A DNA stretch of 64,000 nucleotides from a virus. Lineage: Duplodnaviria > Caudoviricetes. The stretch spans positions 1-64,000 of IMG/VR virus record IMGVR_UViG_3300033076_001181; one strand, given 5' to 3'. The stretch's first letter is position 1. Each line of letters begins with the position of its first letter. The notes under the pieces were generated by a model. The model made no database searches and had not been told where the DNA came from. It worked only from the letters and a program-made list of their open reading frames with translations. Made by a program: the position numbers and the translations under genes. Of this stretch, positions 35,796 to 45,378 are shown one piece after another.

Positions 35796-37411
35796 TAGAA
35801 CATACCTCCCATTCCGCCCATCATATCATCCTGCTTTTTATCTTCAGGCTTGTCTACGACTGTGCATTCGGTTAATAAAATTGTTCCTGCTACTGAAGCG
35901 GCGTTTTCGATCGCGGTCCTCGTGACTTTCGTTGGATCAATAATACCAGCTTCTTTCATGTTTACCATCTTATCAGAAGTGATATTGTAACCTTTCCAAT
36001 TGTCTTTGCCTGTTAATTTATTAATTAACCCAAATGACTCTTGGTCAGTATAACCGGCGTTAGATAAAATCTTCATAAATGGTGACGCACATGCTTTATA
36101 AACAATGTTTCCACCTGTTGTATGACGATTTACAATTGCTTCACGAGCATAAATTAAAGCAGCACCACCACCTGGAACAATACCTTCTTCAATTGCAGCT
36201 TTAGTTGCTTGAAGTGCATCGTCTACGCGATCTTTCTTTTCTTTAACTTCTGTTTCGGTATTACCACCTACGTGAATAATTGCTACTCCTCCGATAAATT
36301 TCGCCAGTCTTTCTTGGAGTTTTTCTTTTTCAAAGGGCGAATTTGCTTTTTCGATTTGTTGCTGTAGCTCTTCAATACGTGTTTCAATTCGTTCAGGTTG
36401 TCCTTTTCCATCAATAATGGTTGTTTGATCTTTTGTTACTGTTACAACTCGGGCTTCACCAAACCATTTTGAATCAAAACGATCTAATTTCATACCCTTA
36501 TCAGTACTAAATACCTCACCACCTGTTAAAAGTGCGATATCTTCTAAAATCAATTTTCTACGATCACCAAAGTCAGGAGCTTTAACTGCTGCTACTTTAA
36601 GTGTACCTCTCATTTTATTTACAATCAATGTTGCTAATGCTTCACCTTCAATATCCTCAGCAATGATAAACAATGGTCTACCTTGAGATGATACTGCCTC
36701 TAGCAATGGTAGCAATTCTTTAATCGCTGTAAATTTCTTATCTGCGATAAGGATAAGTGGATTTTCTAATGTACAAGACATTGAGTTGTTGTCTGTTACA
36801 AAGAAATGTGATTTGTAACCACGATCAAATTGCATACCTTCTACTGTTTCAAGATAAGTATCGCCTGACTTTGATTCCTCAATATAAACAACTCCCTCAC
36901 GACCTACTTTTTGCATTGCAGTTGCAATCAATTTTCCTACTTCAGGATCGTTATTTGCAGAAATTGTAGCTACTTGTTCCAATTGATCTTCAGAACTGAT
37001 GTCTTGTGAAATGCTTTTACGTAATTCTGTTACTACATCTTTAACTGCAGCATCAATTTCACGCTTAATAGTTACAGCGTTAACTCCATTGTTTAATGAT
37101 GTTAAACCTTCTTTAACCATGTTTTGAGCCAACAATGTTGAAGTAGTTGTACCATCACCTGCACCATCAGCAGTTTTAATAGCTGCTTGTTTAACCATTT
37201 GTACACCCAATTCTTCAATTGGATCTTCAAGTGAGATACTTTTTGCTACTGTTACTCCATCTTTTGTTGATTGTGGGTAACCACCTTGATTTGCTATAAC
37301 CACATTACGACCATTTGGACCTAATGTAGACGTAACTGCGTTTGCTAATTTGTCAATACCAGTTACGAGTTTTTTCCTTGCTTCAGGACCGAATTCGATA
37401 ATTTTACTCAT
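35795..37411 (-). CDS. groEL: chaperonin GroEL
   Basis: TLGPNGRNV, TKDGVTVAK, GDGTTT, EGMQFDRGY, GIVPGGG, C-terminal GGM repeats. Confidence 0.98.
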   Translation of the reverse strand: MSKIIEFGPEARKKLVTGIDKLANAVTSTLGPNGRNVVIANQGGYPQSTKDGVTVAKSISLEDPIEELGVQMVKQAAIKTADGAGDGTTTSTLLAQNMVKEGLTSLNNGVNAVTIKREIDAAVKDVVTELRKSISQDISSEDQLEQVATISANNDPEVGKLIATAMQKVGREGVVYIEESKSGDTYLETVEGMQFDRGYKSHFFVTDNNSMSCTLENPLILIADKKFTAIKELLPLLEAVSSQGRPLFIIAEDIEGEALATLIVNKMRGTLKVAAVKAPDFGDRRKLILEDIALLTGGEVFSTDKGMKLDRFDSKWFGEARVVTVTKDQTTIIDGKGQPERIETRIEELQQQIEKANSPFEKEKLQERLAKFIGGVAIIHVGGNTETEVKEKKDRVDDALQATKAAIEEGIVPGGGAALIYAREAIVNRHTTGGNIVYKACASPFMKILSNAGYTDQESFGLINKLTGKDNWKGYNITSDKMVNMKEAGIIDPTKVTRTAIENAASVAGTILLTECTVVDKPEDKKQDDMMGGMGGMF

Positions 37412-37412
37412 A

Positions 37413-37715
37413 TTATTCTTCTATTGTTTCAATAATTCCTAAGATTTGATTTTCTGGGCACACCCAATATTCTTGGCCTTCCAATTCTACTTTAGTAGGA
37501 CCCATTGTGGGTAGCATTACTTCCATACCTACTTCCAATGTTGTAGGAATAAGTTCACCTGTCACTGATGGTTGTCCTGGGCCTACAGATACAACTGTTC
37601 CAATTAGGGCTTTTTCTTTACCTAGATCAGGTACGATGATGCCCCCATACATCGTTTCTTCTTCTTCACGGGGTTTAACTATAACCGCGTTAAATGTTGC
37701 TTTTAACTGTTTCAT
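37413..37715 (-). CDS. groES: co-chaperonin GroES
   Basis: VIVKP, GGIIVPD..KEK, GTVVSVGPG, ILGII. Confidence 0.95.
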   Translation of the reverse strand: MKQLKATFNAVIVKPREEEETMYGGIIVPDLGKEKALIGTVVSVGPGQPSVTGELIPTTLEVGMEVMLPTMGPTKVELEGQEYWVCPENQILGIIETIEE

Positions 37716-38029
37716 ATATTTACCATTTGTTTGATTTCATTTCTTACTGATTCCCAAGCTTCAATATATTCTTTAATAGAATTAAATACTGGGCGTTCTT
37801 CTACTTTTAATTTTGCAATAGAATTCAAAGCTGAAGCAATATCAGAGTGGAATGTTAAGGTTTTGACTGTTTCTTTTGTTCTTGTTTTGCGACCTCGTCC
37901 CTTAGTATTAGTACCAGGCATAACTGTTTGATAAACAGTATAACTGTTAGTATCTTTACCAATAAAATAGGGCTCAAGGATTGGATCCTTAATCATCGTC
38001 ATTGAAGACGGCATTTGATTTTCACTCAT
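37712..38029 (-). CDS. hypothetical protein
   Basis: 105 aa, first gene of groES/EL operon. Confidence 0.6.
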   Translation of the reverse strand: MSENQMPSSMTMIKDPILEPYFIGKDTNSYTVYQTVMPGTNTKGRGRKTRTKETVKTLTFHSDIASALNSIAKLKVEERPVFNSIKEYIEAWESVRNEIKQMVNI

Positions 38030-38047
38030 AACTTATTTATTTATAAC

Positions 38048-38079
38048 TAAATATAACAATTTTTCACTAAAAAGCCAAA
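38048..38079 (-). promoter_or_regulatory. early promoter of groES/EL operon
   Basis: TTTG-N20-TATATTTA; an ATATTTAT motif lies just upstream at 38089-38096. Confidence 0.75.
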
Positions 38080-38102
38080 TTGTTTGTAATAAATATACAA
38101 AC

Positions 38103-38828
38103 TTATTGTTCTTTTGCCACAATATAGTAAACACTTGTGAAATTCTTGTGATTAAATGATAATTTCATTAAACCATTACTATTTACATGAATACGACCAC
38201 TCTCCATATCTTTATTAGCAACTAATACTTCTTTCAATAGAACTGAACTATAGACTAGTTTAAATTGAACTCCACTGTTGTTTTCTAGATTTTGAATGGA
38301 GTAAGTGACTTTATTAGCGTATTCGATGTCTCCTCCGAAAGTAAATTCTAAGCCAAGTAAACCCGGTGTTACAACAACGCTTTCGCTATTTGATAATGCG
38401 TTTTTAGCTTTAATCAATGCTGTTACTACTTCATCAGTCAATTCAGTATCAATATCATATTCTTCAGGCCCAGTGTATGTTCCTGATTTTGGTATTGTGA
38501 ATAAATCAGATAAAGCGTAATCTAGATTAAATTGTTCATCTGAGATTAATAATTTAGTAATGATTGATTTTGTTTTAGTATAGTCTAATACTAGATCACC
38601 ACTTGTAATAGATAATAATTTATCTAGTTGTGATGTATTACTAATTCCAATTTCTGATTCAGGTAATGGGAAATTAGAATGAACAACACTTCCTATCAAT
38701 TCACGAGTTGGAGCTGTGAAGTTAATAGTTAGTTGTTTATCTTTGTTGATAGACCACTTAACATTTTCAATTAGACCATTTAAATGGTACTTTTCAATAA
38801 CTGATTGTAGTTGTAATTTTGATATCAT
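38103..38828 (-). CDS. DNA sliding clamp (T4 gp45-like)
   Basis: about 240 aa, beta-rich, replication context beside PolB and clamp loader; start moved to MISKLQL. Confidence 0.7.
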   Translation of the reverse strand: MISKLQLQSVIEKYHLNGLIENVKWSINKDKQLTINFTAPTRELIGSVVHSNFPLPESEIGISNTSQLDKLLSITSGDLVLDYTKTKSIITKLLISDEQFNLDYALSDLFTIPKSGTYTGPEEYDIDTELTDEVVTALIKAKNALSNSESVVVTPGLLGLEFTFGGDIEYANKVTYSIQNLENNSGVQFKLVYSSVLLKEVLVANKDMESGRIHVNSNGLMKLSFNHKNFTSVYYIVAKEQ

Positions 38829-38833
38829 ATAAC

Positions 38834-38865
38834 CTAATATAATAAAACCTTTATTTAGAGCCAAA
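38834..38865 (-). promoter_or_regulatory. early promoter
   Basis: TTTG-N20-TATATTAG. Confidence 0.75.
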
Positions 38866-38866
38866 T

Positions 38867-39514
38867 TTATTCTATTCCAGCACCTATTTTCTTTCCTATT
38901 TTTTTATAGGCTAAAACAACATTTTCTAAATCTTCATTTTCTCCATTATCTACTTTATATAAAGTATCAAGCAATTTAGATATATCTATAAATAAATCTT
39001 CAAATTCATCACTATGAGTTACATACTTATTGTTTTGTTTAAACATGTTCCATAACTGTTGCCCTACTTCAAGATAAAATTTTGCTATACTATTTAATTT
39101 CCATTTTTCATCTTGAAAATCTTCTCTATAATTTGGTGAGTTAAAATCAGCTAAATTACTAATAAATGTTTTAAGATATGTTTTATGTTCTTTTTCTAAT
39201 TTTTTTATATCACGAAGTATTTCAAAATCTTCACCGGTAACTTTAATTGGTTGAACAAACTGAAATGGAACAGTAACTTCACCTTTACCTATTTTTACAG
39301 TATATTTTTTATTTTTACTATCAATATCTGTGATAACTCCTTGACCATGTTTTATTACAGTCACATCTGATCCTATATCTATGCCCCTATCTAATGGGTT
39401 ATCTTTATTTACATCTATATTTAGTGAATTTAGAAAAGATTCAAATTCATTTTCACTCAACTGTTTAGGTTGAGTTTTAGCAATTTCTTTAAGTAAGTCA
39501 ACTAGTTTAATCAT
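38867..39514 (-). CDS. hypothetical late protein with MIKLVDLLKE leader and SH3/KOW-like segment
   Basis: IGSDVTV..HGQGVITDID...YTVKIG; ATATTTAT at 39519-39526. Confidence 0.55.
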   Translation of the reverse strand: MIKLVDLLKEIAKTQPKQLSENEFESFLNSLNIDVNKDNPLDRGIDIGSDVTVIKHGQGVITDIDSKNKKYTVKIGKGEVTVPFQFVQPIKVTGEDFEILRDIKKLEKEHKTYLKTFISNLADFNSPNYREDFQDEKWKLNSIAKFYLEVGQQLWNMFKQNNKYVTHSDEFEDLFIDISKLLDTLYKVDNGENEDLENVVLAYKKIGKKIGAGIE

Positions 39515-39528
39515 GAATATAAATATGA

Positions 39529-42117
39529 TTAAAAACTAAAAAATTTATTAACATTAGCGTTTAGTGGTGGAAATTCCCACTTAAGATCTTTATAAAGTTC
39601 CTTTAATTTGTTTAATAATAATGATTCAAAGATCTCATCTATATCAATATATGTTTTAACAAATTTTTCTATTTCATCAGGAACCTTAGCATTTGGTAAA
39701 CCAACTGTTTCTAATTTATATGGGTTGGCTTTTAAGTTAATGATAAAAATCTTATCACCTTCAATAATAGATTCATATTGTTTATCTAATTTTTTAAACC
39801 TTAATAAATCATTATAGCGAACAGCTGCTTTAGTATTAGATGGTGCTTTCAATTTAAATGTACTAAACATTTCACCTGCTCTAGGAGTGTTTCTATATGA
39901 GGCAATTTGTTTTACTCCTGTTGGTTTACCTAGTTCTCGTGGGTCTAATGTTTTAACTAACTTATAGAAGTTAATAATTGAATTGTCTAATTCATGTTTT
40001 GGCTTACCAAATAAAATATCTTTAATAAATTGTTCACCAAACGATTTGAATCGTTTATTCATATTAGACTTCATCAACTCTAGACCTTTCATGTCTAGTT
40101 CTTCAACAGCAACACCTTCCTTATTAGTAACATACATTGCGTATCTTCTCTTACCTGTAACTAAGATACCAGTAGCAATTACTTCTTGTTTTAACTGAAA
40201 GTAATGTTTAGAAGCATCAATGTTAAATAAATTCTTACACATTGTGTTAAGATTATTATTTGCTTCATCTTGTATCTCAATTGCCATTTCTAGAATGTAC
40301 TTGTCTTTCTCTTCTTTAGTGGCGTTAGGATATCTATGTCTTAATAAATCACCTAATTCAATATACATAGAGTCAGTATCACTAATACAAATGTATTGTT
40401 TGTCTTCTGATTTTAGCTCAGTATTTAGTTTATCATTAGTGAATATGATTGATTCTTGAGTCAATCTTTGACCTGTGTTTGTAATAGCAGCACTACAAAT
40501 TAATTGACCATCAGTATATCTCCATCCACTTTTAGCGAATGTACCATACATAGCGTTTTGCAAGATCTTAAATGCATGTTGGAACAAATCATATAATTTA
40601 TAGTTAGCCCAATCTTCTTCTTTACCTGCTTTCTTCTTTAGACCTCTATAATGTTCTCGTTTTTCAAACCAACCTTCTAAAATCTTAGCAACTACACTTT
40701 GTTCATCTGTTCTAAACATTGCCCCAGAAGCAGATATAGTGAATTTATTATCTTCAATAATCTTAATAAGTTCACCTATAGTAATCTTAGCCTGTGATGT
40801 TGTATAGTTCTTTTTATTTACTTTTTCAACAACAATTACTTCTTTAGGGTCACGTTCTTTAAGTTTTTCTAAACTATGGTTTTGTTCATAGGTTGGTCTA
40901 TGATCAACTTTAATTCTACCAACTAATGTTTCAATACCTAAATTAAGTGATTTAATAATTGAAGGATATAGTGAAGTAAAGTCTAAGTCAATAACATCAA
41001 AGTACAAACCAGGTATTGGTTCTAATAGATAACCACCAGCATATGTTTCCTTAAATGATTTTAATGCTTGATTATGAGTTGTTGGTTTATTAGGTGAAAT
41101 AATACCTTCACGTTTAAGATGCTTTAGAATAGCTCCTTCATTCATAACTGTATTCCAATAAATTGATTCATATGGAATATTACAGATATGAGAAATCATA
41201 ATTGTTAAGTTGATAAACTTAAGTTTATCTTCTAACGCTTCAATAATTTCAACGTCTCGTAAGTTATAGTCAATAAAAGTATCTATATCATCTCTGAATA
41301 GTGTATTTAAGTTACCTTCATATTCAATCTTACCTAAACCAACATATTTAGCTCCAATATCACCTAATTTATATGATGGTTCTTCTTTCATGATGTACTT
41401 TTTATGTAACAACATGTAATCTAAACAATTCACACCTCCAATAGTGATTTGTGATTCACCATTAAATTCTCGTTGTGATACTTTCTTAAGTGGGGATAAA
41501 CGGGCGGTCTCTGCTTCACCGACAACATTCATAAGTCTATGGTAAATGTACGGTATATCGAAGTAATCTGAGTTATAACCGACTAATATTGTTGGGTCTA
41601 GTTCCTCAAATTTAGATAAGAATTTACCTATTAACTCACGTTCATTTTTACAAGGAATGATATGTTTGCTGTTCTGATTCGTTTCTTGGATTTGTCCTGA
41701 TGGGTCAACTACAAAACATATTTTTTGTTTAGTAGTCACGTCTATTAGAGCAATAGATGTGATTGGCATAGGAGCTTGTTGAATATAGTAAGGTGTTAAT
41801 GCACCTCCCATTTCAATCTCAATATCTATATAAACTATATTATGCCAAGCAGGAACAGTATCTTCTTCTTTATAATATAACTCTCGAAGTATTAGTAGAT
41901 TTTTATCAATATCCTTTTCTAACAAGTCAGGATCATTTTTATCTAATTTTTTAGTAGGTATAGCCCAACCGCCAGTTAGAACTGGTCTAGCACCTTCTTG
42001 ATATTCATTTACACGTTTCCAATAAGTTGGTTGGAATTGGAACTCTAACCAGCCTTGTTTATCATCTCGTAAATGATAAGTGTAAGTTGAGAAATCATAA
42101 TAAATACTTTGATACAT
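39529..42117 (-). CDS. DNA polymerase family B (T4 gp43-like)
   Basis: exonuclease DIEIE, GYNS..FD, YNLRDV; polymerase DFTSLYPS, KILQNAMYG, SDTDS, KRRY. Confidence 0.97.
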   Translation of the reverse strand: MYQSIYYDFSTYTYHLRDDKQGWLEFQFQPTYWKRVNEYQEGARPVLTGGWAIPTKKLDKNDPDLLEKDIDKNLLILRELYYKEEDTVPAWHNIVYIDIEIEMGGALTPYYIQQAPMPITSIALIDVTTKQKICFVVDPSGQIQETNQNSKHIIPCKNERELIGKFLSKFEELDPTILVGYNSDYFDIPYIYHRLMNVVGEAETARLSPLKKVSQREFNGESQITIGGVNCLDYMLLHKKYIMKEEPSYKLGDIGAKYVGLGKIEYEGNLNTLFRDDIDTFIDYNLRDVEIIEALEDKLKFINLTIMISHICNIPYESIYWNTVMNEGAILKHLKREGIISPNKPTTHNQALKSFKETYAGGYLLEPIPGLYFDVIDLDFTSLYPSIIKSLNLGIETLVGRIKVDHRPTYEQNHSLEKLKERDPKEVIVVEKVNKKNYTTSQAKITIGELIKIIEDNKFTISASGAMFRTDEQSVVAKILEGWFEKREHYRGLKKKAGKEEDWANYKLYDLFQHAFKILQNAMYGTFAKSGWRYTDGQLICSAAITNTGQRLTQESIIFTNDKLNTELKSEDKQYICISDTDSMYIELGDLLRHRYPNATKEEKDKYILEMAIEIQDEANNNLNTMCKNLFNIDASKHYFQLKQEVIATGILVTGKRRYAMYVTNKEGVAVEELDMKGLELMKSNMNKRFKSFGEQFIKDILFGKPKHELDNSIINFYKLVKTLDPRELGKPTGVKQIASYRNTPRAGEMFSTFKLKAPSNTKAAVRYNDLLRFKKLDKQYESIIEGDKIFIINLKANPYKLETVGLPNAKVPDEIEKFVKTYIDIDEIFESLLLNKLKELYKDLKWEFPPLNANVNKFFSF

Positions 42118-42137
42118 AACCTTTTTAATTTTAATTT

Positions 42138-42488
42138 TTAACCACTTACTAACTGCACTTCAACATAATTGTCATCCACATATCCATCCTCTACATAATA
42201 TAATTTAACTGTTGTTCTTCCAGAAACTGGACTAAGTCTAGCTGGGAGTAATGATTTTAAATTATTTATTAATTCTACATATGGATTACTATAATTAGGA
42301 GACACATACACTATTCCTGGGTCAGTATTAGGAATAGATTTTTGATTAGGATTTAAATTTATTAAATCTGAGTATCTATTACTATTATTAGGTGATATAT
42401 ATACTTTTCCAGGGTTAGTATTGGGGATAGATTTTTGATTAGGATTACTATCAATTAATTTTTTATATCTATCCCCAAATGTAGCCAT
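42138..42488 (-). CDS. tandem-repeat protein, probable virion component
   Basis: two 31-aa repeats; C-terminal YVEDGYVDDNYV; ATATTTAT at 42500-42507. Confidence 0.55.
   Translation of the reverse strand: MATFGDRYKKLIDSNPNQKSIPNTNPGKVYISPNNSNRYSDLINLNPNQKSIPNTDPGIVYVSPNYSNPYVELINNLKSLLPARLSPVSGRTTVKLYYVEDGYVDDNYVEVQLVSG
42301..42470. repeat. 93-bp tandem repeat, about two copies
   Basis: atagatttttgattaggatt at 42334 and 42427 (93 bp apart), in frame. Confidence 0.8.
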
Positions 42489-42507
42489 TTATTTTATTGA
42501 TAAATAT

Positions 42508-42996
42508 TTATTTATCAAGGAACTGCTTTAAATTAGGACGAAAGTAATTTATGTTTTTCATTACTTTACGATCCCGAGTTCTATAAACAATCCAATAGTC
42601 ACCTACTTTTTCATAATGACATGGTTCACCTTGTTCTTGTTCACGTACTTTAACTGTTTCTTTAGCTTCAGCTTCGTCTTTACAAGCTTTAGACATATTA
42701 CTTGCTTGAACTTCTGCGTACGCGGGTTGAATTTTGTCTTTTAATCCGTGCAGCATGGCTCCGTTTCCTAGCGACACATATGTAATATCGCACAAGGCGT
42801 CTAAGACCTCTACTATGTTTCCTGTTTCGCATGCATGTTTATATTCTTCTAGTTCTTCTAATATAAAATTGTAAACAAATTCCCATTCTTTTTTAGCTGG
42901 GATTGTTGGTTCATAATTGTTTGGTTTACCCATTGTAGCGTTAAATGTTTCTACTTCGCTAATAAATGGGACATAATTTTCTTTAGATTGAGACAT
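42508..42996 (-). CDS. MazG-like / PRA-PH nucleoside triphosphate pyrophosphohydrolase
   Basis: FILEELEEY, VEVLDALCDI.YV, EVQASNMSK, DRKVMK. Confidence 0.8.
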   Translation of the reverse strand: MSQSKENYVPFISEVETFNATMGKPNNYEPTIPAKKEWEFVYNFILEELEEYKHACETGNIVEVLDALCDITYVSLGNGAMLHGLKDKIQPAYAEVQASNMSKACKDEAEAKETVKVREQEQGEPCHYEKVGDYWIVYRTRDRKVMKNINYFRPNLKQFLDK

Positions 42997-42998
42997 GA

Positions 42999-43121
42999 CT
43001 ATTGACTATTATTTATTATTTCTTTAAGTTTTAACATATAATCATAATATGGATCTTCACCATGAACATGAACTAAACGCTCATAAATCCATTCCAAATG
43101 ATTTCTATCAGATTGAGACAT
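42999..43121 (-). CDS. small hypothetical protein, 40 aa
   Basis: MSQSDRNHLEWIYERLVHVHGEDPYYDYMLKLKEIINNSQ between folE and mazG-like gene. Confidence 0.5.
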   Translation of the reverse strand: MSQSDRNHLEWIYERLVHVHGEDPYYDYMLKLKEIINNSQ

Positions 43122-43803
43122 GACCATTATTTATTTTAAGTGAATCAAAAAATTCTTTACGTGCTAAGTTATCATTTTCCATAAACACACCTGATGCTTT
43201 AGTAGTAACCATAGCAGCACCTTGATGTTTAATACCACGACAACTTACACAGTTGTGAGTTGCAACTACAGTAACAATAACACCATGGTTGCCTTCACAA
43301 ACCTTATTTACTGCTTGATGAATAGCTGCTGTTAATTGTTCTTGGATAGCACCTCTACGACCAAAATGTTCTACAATACGATTTAGTTTTGATAAACCAA
43401 TTACTCGGCCTTCTTTACCTGCAATGTAACCAATATGTACTACACCTCGAATTGTTTGGTGATGATGCGAACACATTGAAGTTAATTGAATATTACGCTC
43501 AATAATTACTCCATCATAACCATCTGACGGAAATGAAGTAATATCAGTAAATCCATTGTAACGACCAGCCCACAAATCATTAACATATGCTTTAGCTACA
43601 CGACGAGGTGTATCAGCAGAGTTAGGATCGTTTTGCCAATCACATTTTAGTGCTGTTAGGAAATTACCAAAATGTACTGTTGCTTCTTCAATCATTTGTT
43701 GCTTTTCTTCATCTGTCAATGGACGATCTAAAGCTGAACCGTTTGCGAGACCATTCTTAACGCATTCGATATCATTGTGAAATTTTTTTCTATTATTTTC
43801 CAT
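43108..43803 (-). CDS. folE: GTP cyclohydrolase I
   Basis: DTPRRVAK, SMCSHH, VIGLSKLNR, IQEQLT, HNCVSCRG. Confidence 0.95.
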   Translation of the reverse strand: MENNRKKFHNDIECVKNGLANGSALDRPLTDEEKQQMIEEATVHFGNFLTALKCDWQNDPNSADTPRRVAKAYVNDLWAGRYNGFTDITSFPSDGYDGVIIERNIQLTSMCSHHHQTIRGVVHIGYIAGKEGRVIGLSKLNRIVEHFGRRGAIQEQLTAAIHQAVNKVCEGNHGVIVTVVATHNCVSCRGIKHQGAAMVTTKASGVFMENDNLARKEFFDSLKINNGHVSI

Positions 43804-43808
43804 ATAAC

Positions 43809-43840
43809 CTAATATAATAAATTATTTTTAAATTGCCAAT
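43809..43840 (-). promoter_or_regulatory. early promoter (variant)
   Basis: ATTGGC...TATATTAG with 20-nt spacer upstream of folE. Confidence 0.65.
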
Positions 43841-44337
43841 ATATATGGCAAACTTCTTTTTTGATGATGTTCATCATCCATTCCATATCCAACTACCCAC
43901 TCATCAGTTATTTCAAATCCATAAATTGAACCTACTGGTAAGTCAATTTCATTGATTGCTCGTTTAATTAGAGTAACTATTTGAACTGATGCAGCTCCTT
44001 CATAAATGAAATGTTTACGCAATGTATCCATTGTAACTCCTGAGTCATAGATGTCATCTATAAGGTAGACATGGTTATCTTGCATCTCTAATGACTCACG
44101 AAGTTTAATTTCTAAATCACCTCGTTCTTGACCCTCATATGACTTTACTTTTATAAAGTCACATTTTGGATCAAGTGAGGATAACTTTTTAACTAATTCA
44201 CTATAAAACATAAAACCACCATTCAATACACAAATTAGAATAATTGGTCGTTTTTCTGATTTATGACGATTAAAAATTTGGGTTGCGATTTCATCAATTC
44301 GCTTTTCAATTTGGTTTTGATTAAATAATACTTTCAT
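43828..44337 (-). CDS. hpt: hypoxanthine/guanine phosphoribosyltransferase
   Basis: ICVLNGGFMF, KSYEG, PRPP motif LIDDIYDSGVT, WVVGYGMD. Confidence 0.88.
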   Translation of the reverse strand: MKVLFNQNQIEKRIDEIATQIFNRHKSEKRPIILICVLNGGFMFYSELVKKLSSLDPKCDFIKVKSYEGQERGDLEIKLRESLEMQDNHVYLIDDIYDSGVTMDTLRKHFIYEGAASVQIVTLIKRAINEIDLPVGSIYGFEITDEWVVGYGMDDEHHQKRSLPYILAI

Positions 44338-44596
44338 ATAACTCTTTGATTGGATGTAACCCTGGGTATGATTTCTGTTTGCCTTTATAAGACATTATTA
44401 CATGTGGATAAAAATCTACTGCAAATTCGTCTTCTAATTCAGTTGCCTCATTAAGCTTAACTAATTTAAATTTTAATTTGTTAGCAATTTCTTCTACCAT
44501 AGGCATGGCTACTTTGCAGCCACCGCACCAATCGGCGTAAAAGAGTACTATAGTATTCTCTTTTTGTAGTGTTTCAGTTAATAGTTGTTTATTCAT
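44321..44596 (-). CDS. thioredoxin
   Basis: FYADWCGGCK, cis-Pro FYP. Confidence 0.85.
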   Translation of the reverse strand: MNKQLLTETLQKENTIVLFYADWCGGCKVAMPMVEEIANKLKFKLVKLNEATELEDEFAVDFYPHVIMSYKGKQKSYPGLHPIKELYESII

Positions 44597-45378
44597 TATA
44601 CTTCTCGTTTTGTATCAAATGCTATTATATGTTCTCTACCTGTGAAATTATAACCATTATCTCTACAAAAATCCATCACCATCGGATACACTCTAATTAA
44701 TTCATCTCTTGTATCACCAGGAGGCATTAACCATGTTTTACGTTTTGGAATATCCATTTCAACTCTAAACGCTTCAATCTCATTCCATGCTTCAGGCATT
44801 TCAATAGGATTACAAACTGGTTTGTAATGATAGTCACCATGGTATTCAATCATTTTCTTAATCGCGTCTTTATTAAGGCGGTATTTGTTATGTTGGTCCA
44901 CCATTTTTTGGTCTGCTTTCTTACCTTGCGGTGTATCAGTCCCAATTGCAGGCACACTATTACTGAACTTAGGAGACAAAGATACCAAACCGATTGGAAA
45001 GTCAGTTTCAATAAAATGAGAACCTTCTGTTTCAATTGTAATAAATAAGCCACGTTTTTCAGCTAAATGAGTTAATTCGTTTACTAGATCAGGATGCATA
45101 GTAGGTGAACCACCTGTTAACATCATTTCTCTAATATATGGGTTATTGTCATACATAGCAATAATATCATTGAATGTGTATTTTCCTTTTTCAGGATGAA
45201 TACTAGTATACCATGAATCACACCACCCACCTTCACCAAACCAACATCTATGAGTACATCCTGTAGTTCTAATAACTACTGTAGGCATTCCAGCTCTACT
45301 ACCTTCTGATTGTACAGCTGTATATAGCTCTATAATTGGAAGTGTTTTATTATAATCTTCTATTCTACCTGGTTTCAT
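44596..45378 (-). CDS. queE: 7-carboxy-7-deazaguanine synthase (radical SAM)
   Basis: ELYTAVQSEG, RTTGCTHRC...WCDS, LTGGSP, ITIETEG, SLSPK. Confidence 0.92.
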   Translation of the reverse strand: MKPGRIEDYNKTLPIIELYTAVQSEGSRAGMPTVVIRTTGCTHRCWFGEGGWCDSWYTSIHPEKGKYTFNDIIAMYDNNPYIREMMLTGGSPTMHPDLVNELTHLAEKRGLFITIETEGSHFIETDFPIGLVSLSPKFSNSVPAIGTDTPQGKKADQKMVDQHNKYRLNKDAIKKMIEYHGDYHYKPVCNPIEMPEAWNEIEAFRVEMDIPKRKTWLMPPGDTRDELIRVYPMVMDFCRDNGYNFTGREHIIAFDTKREV

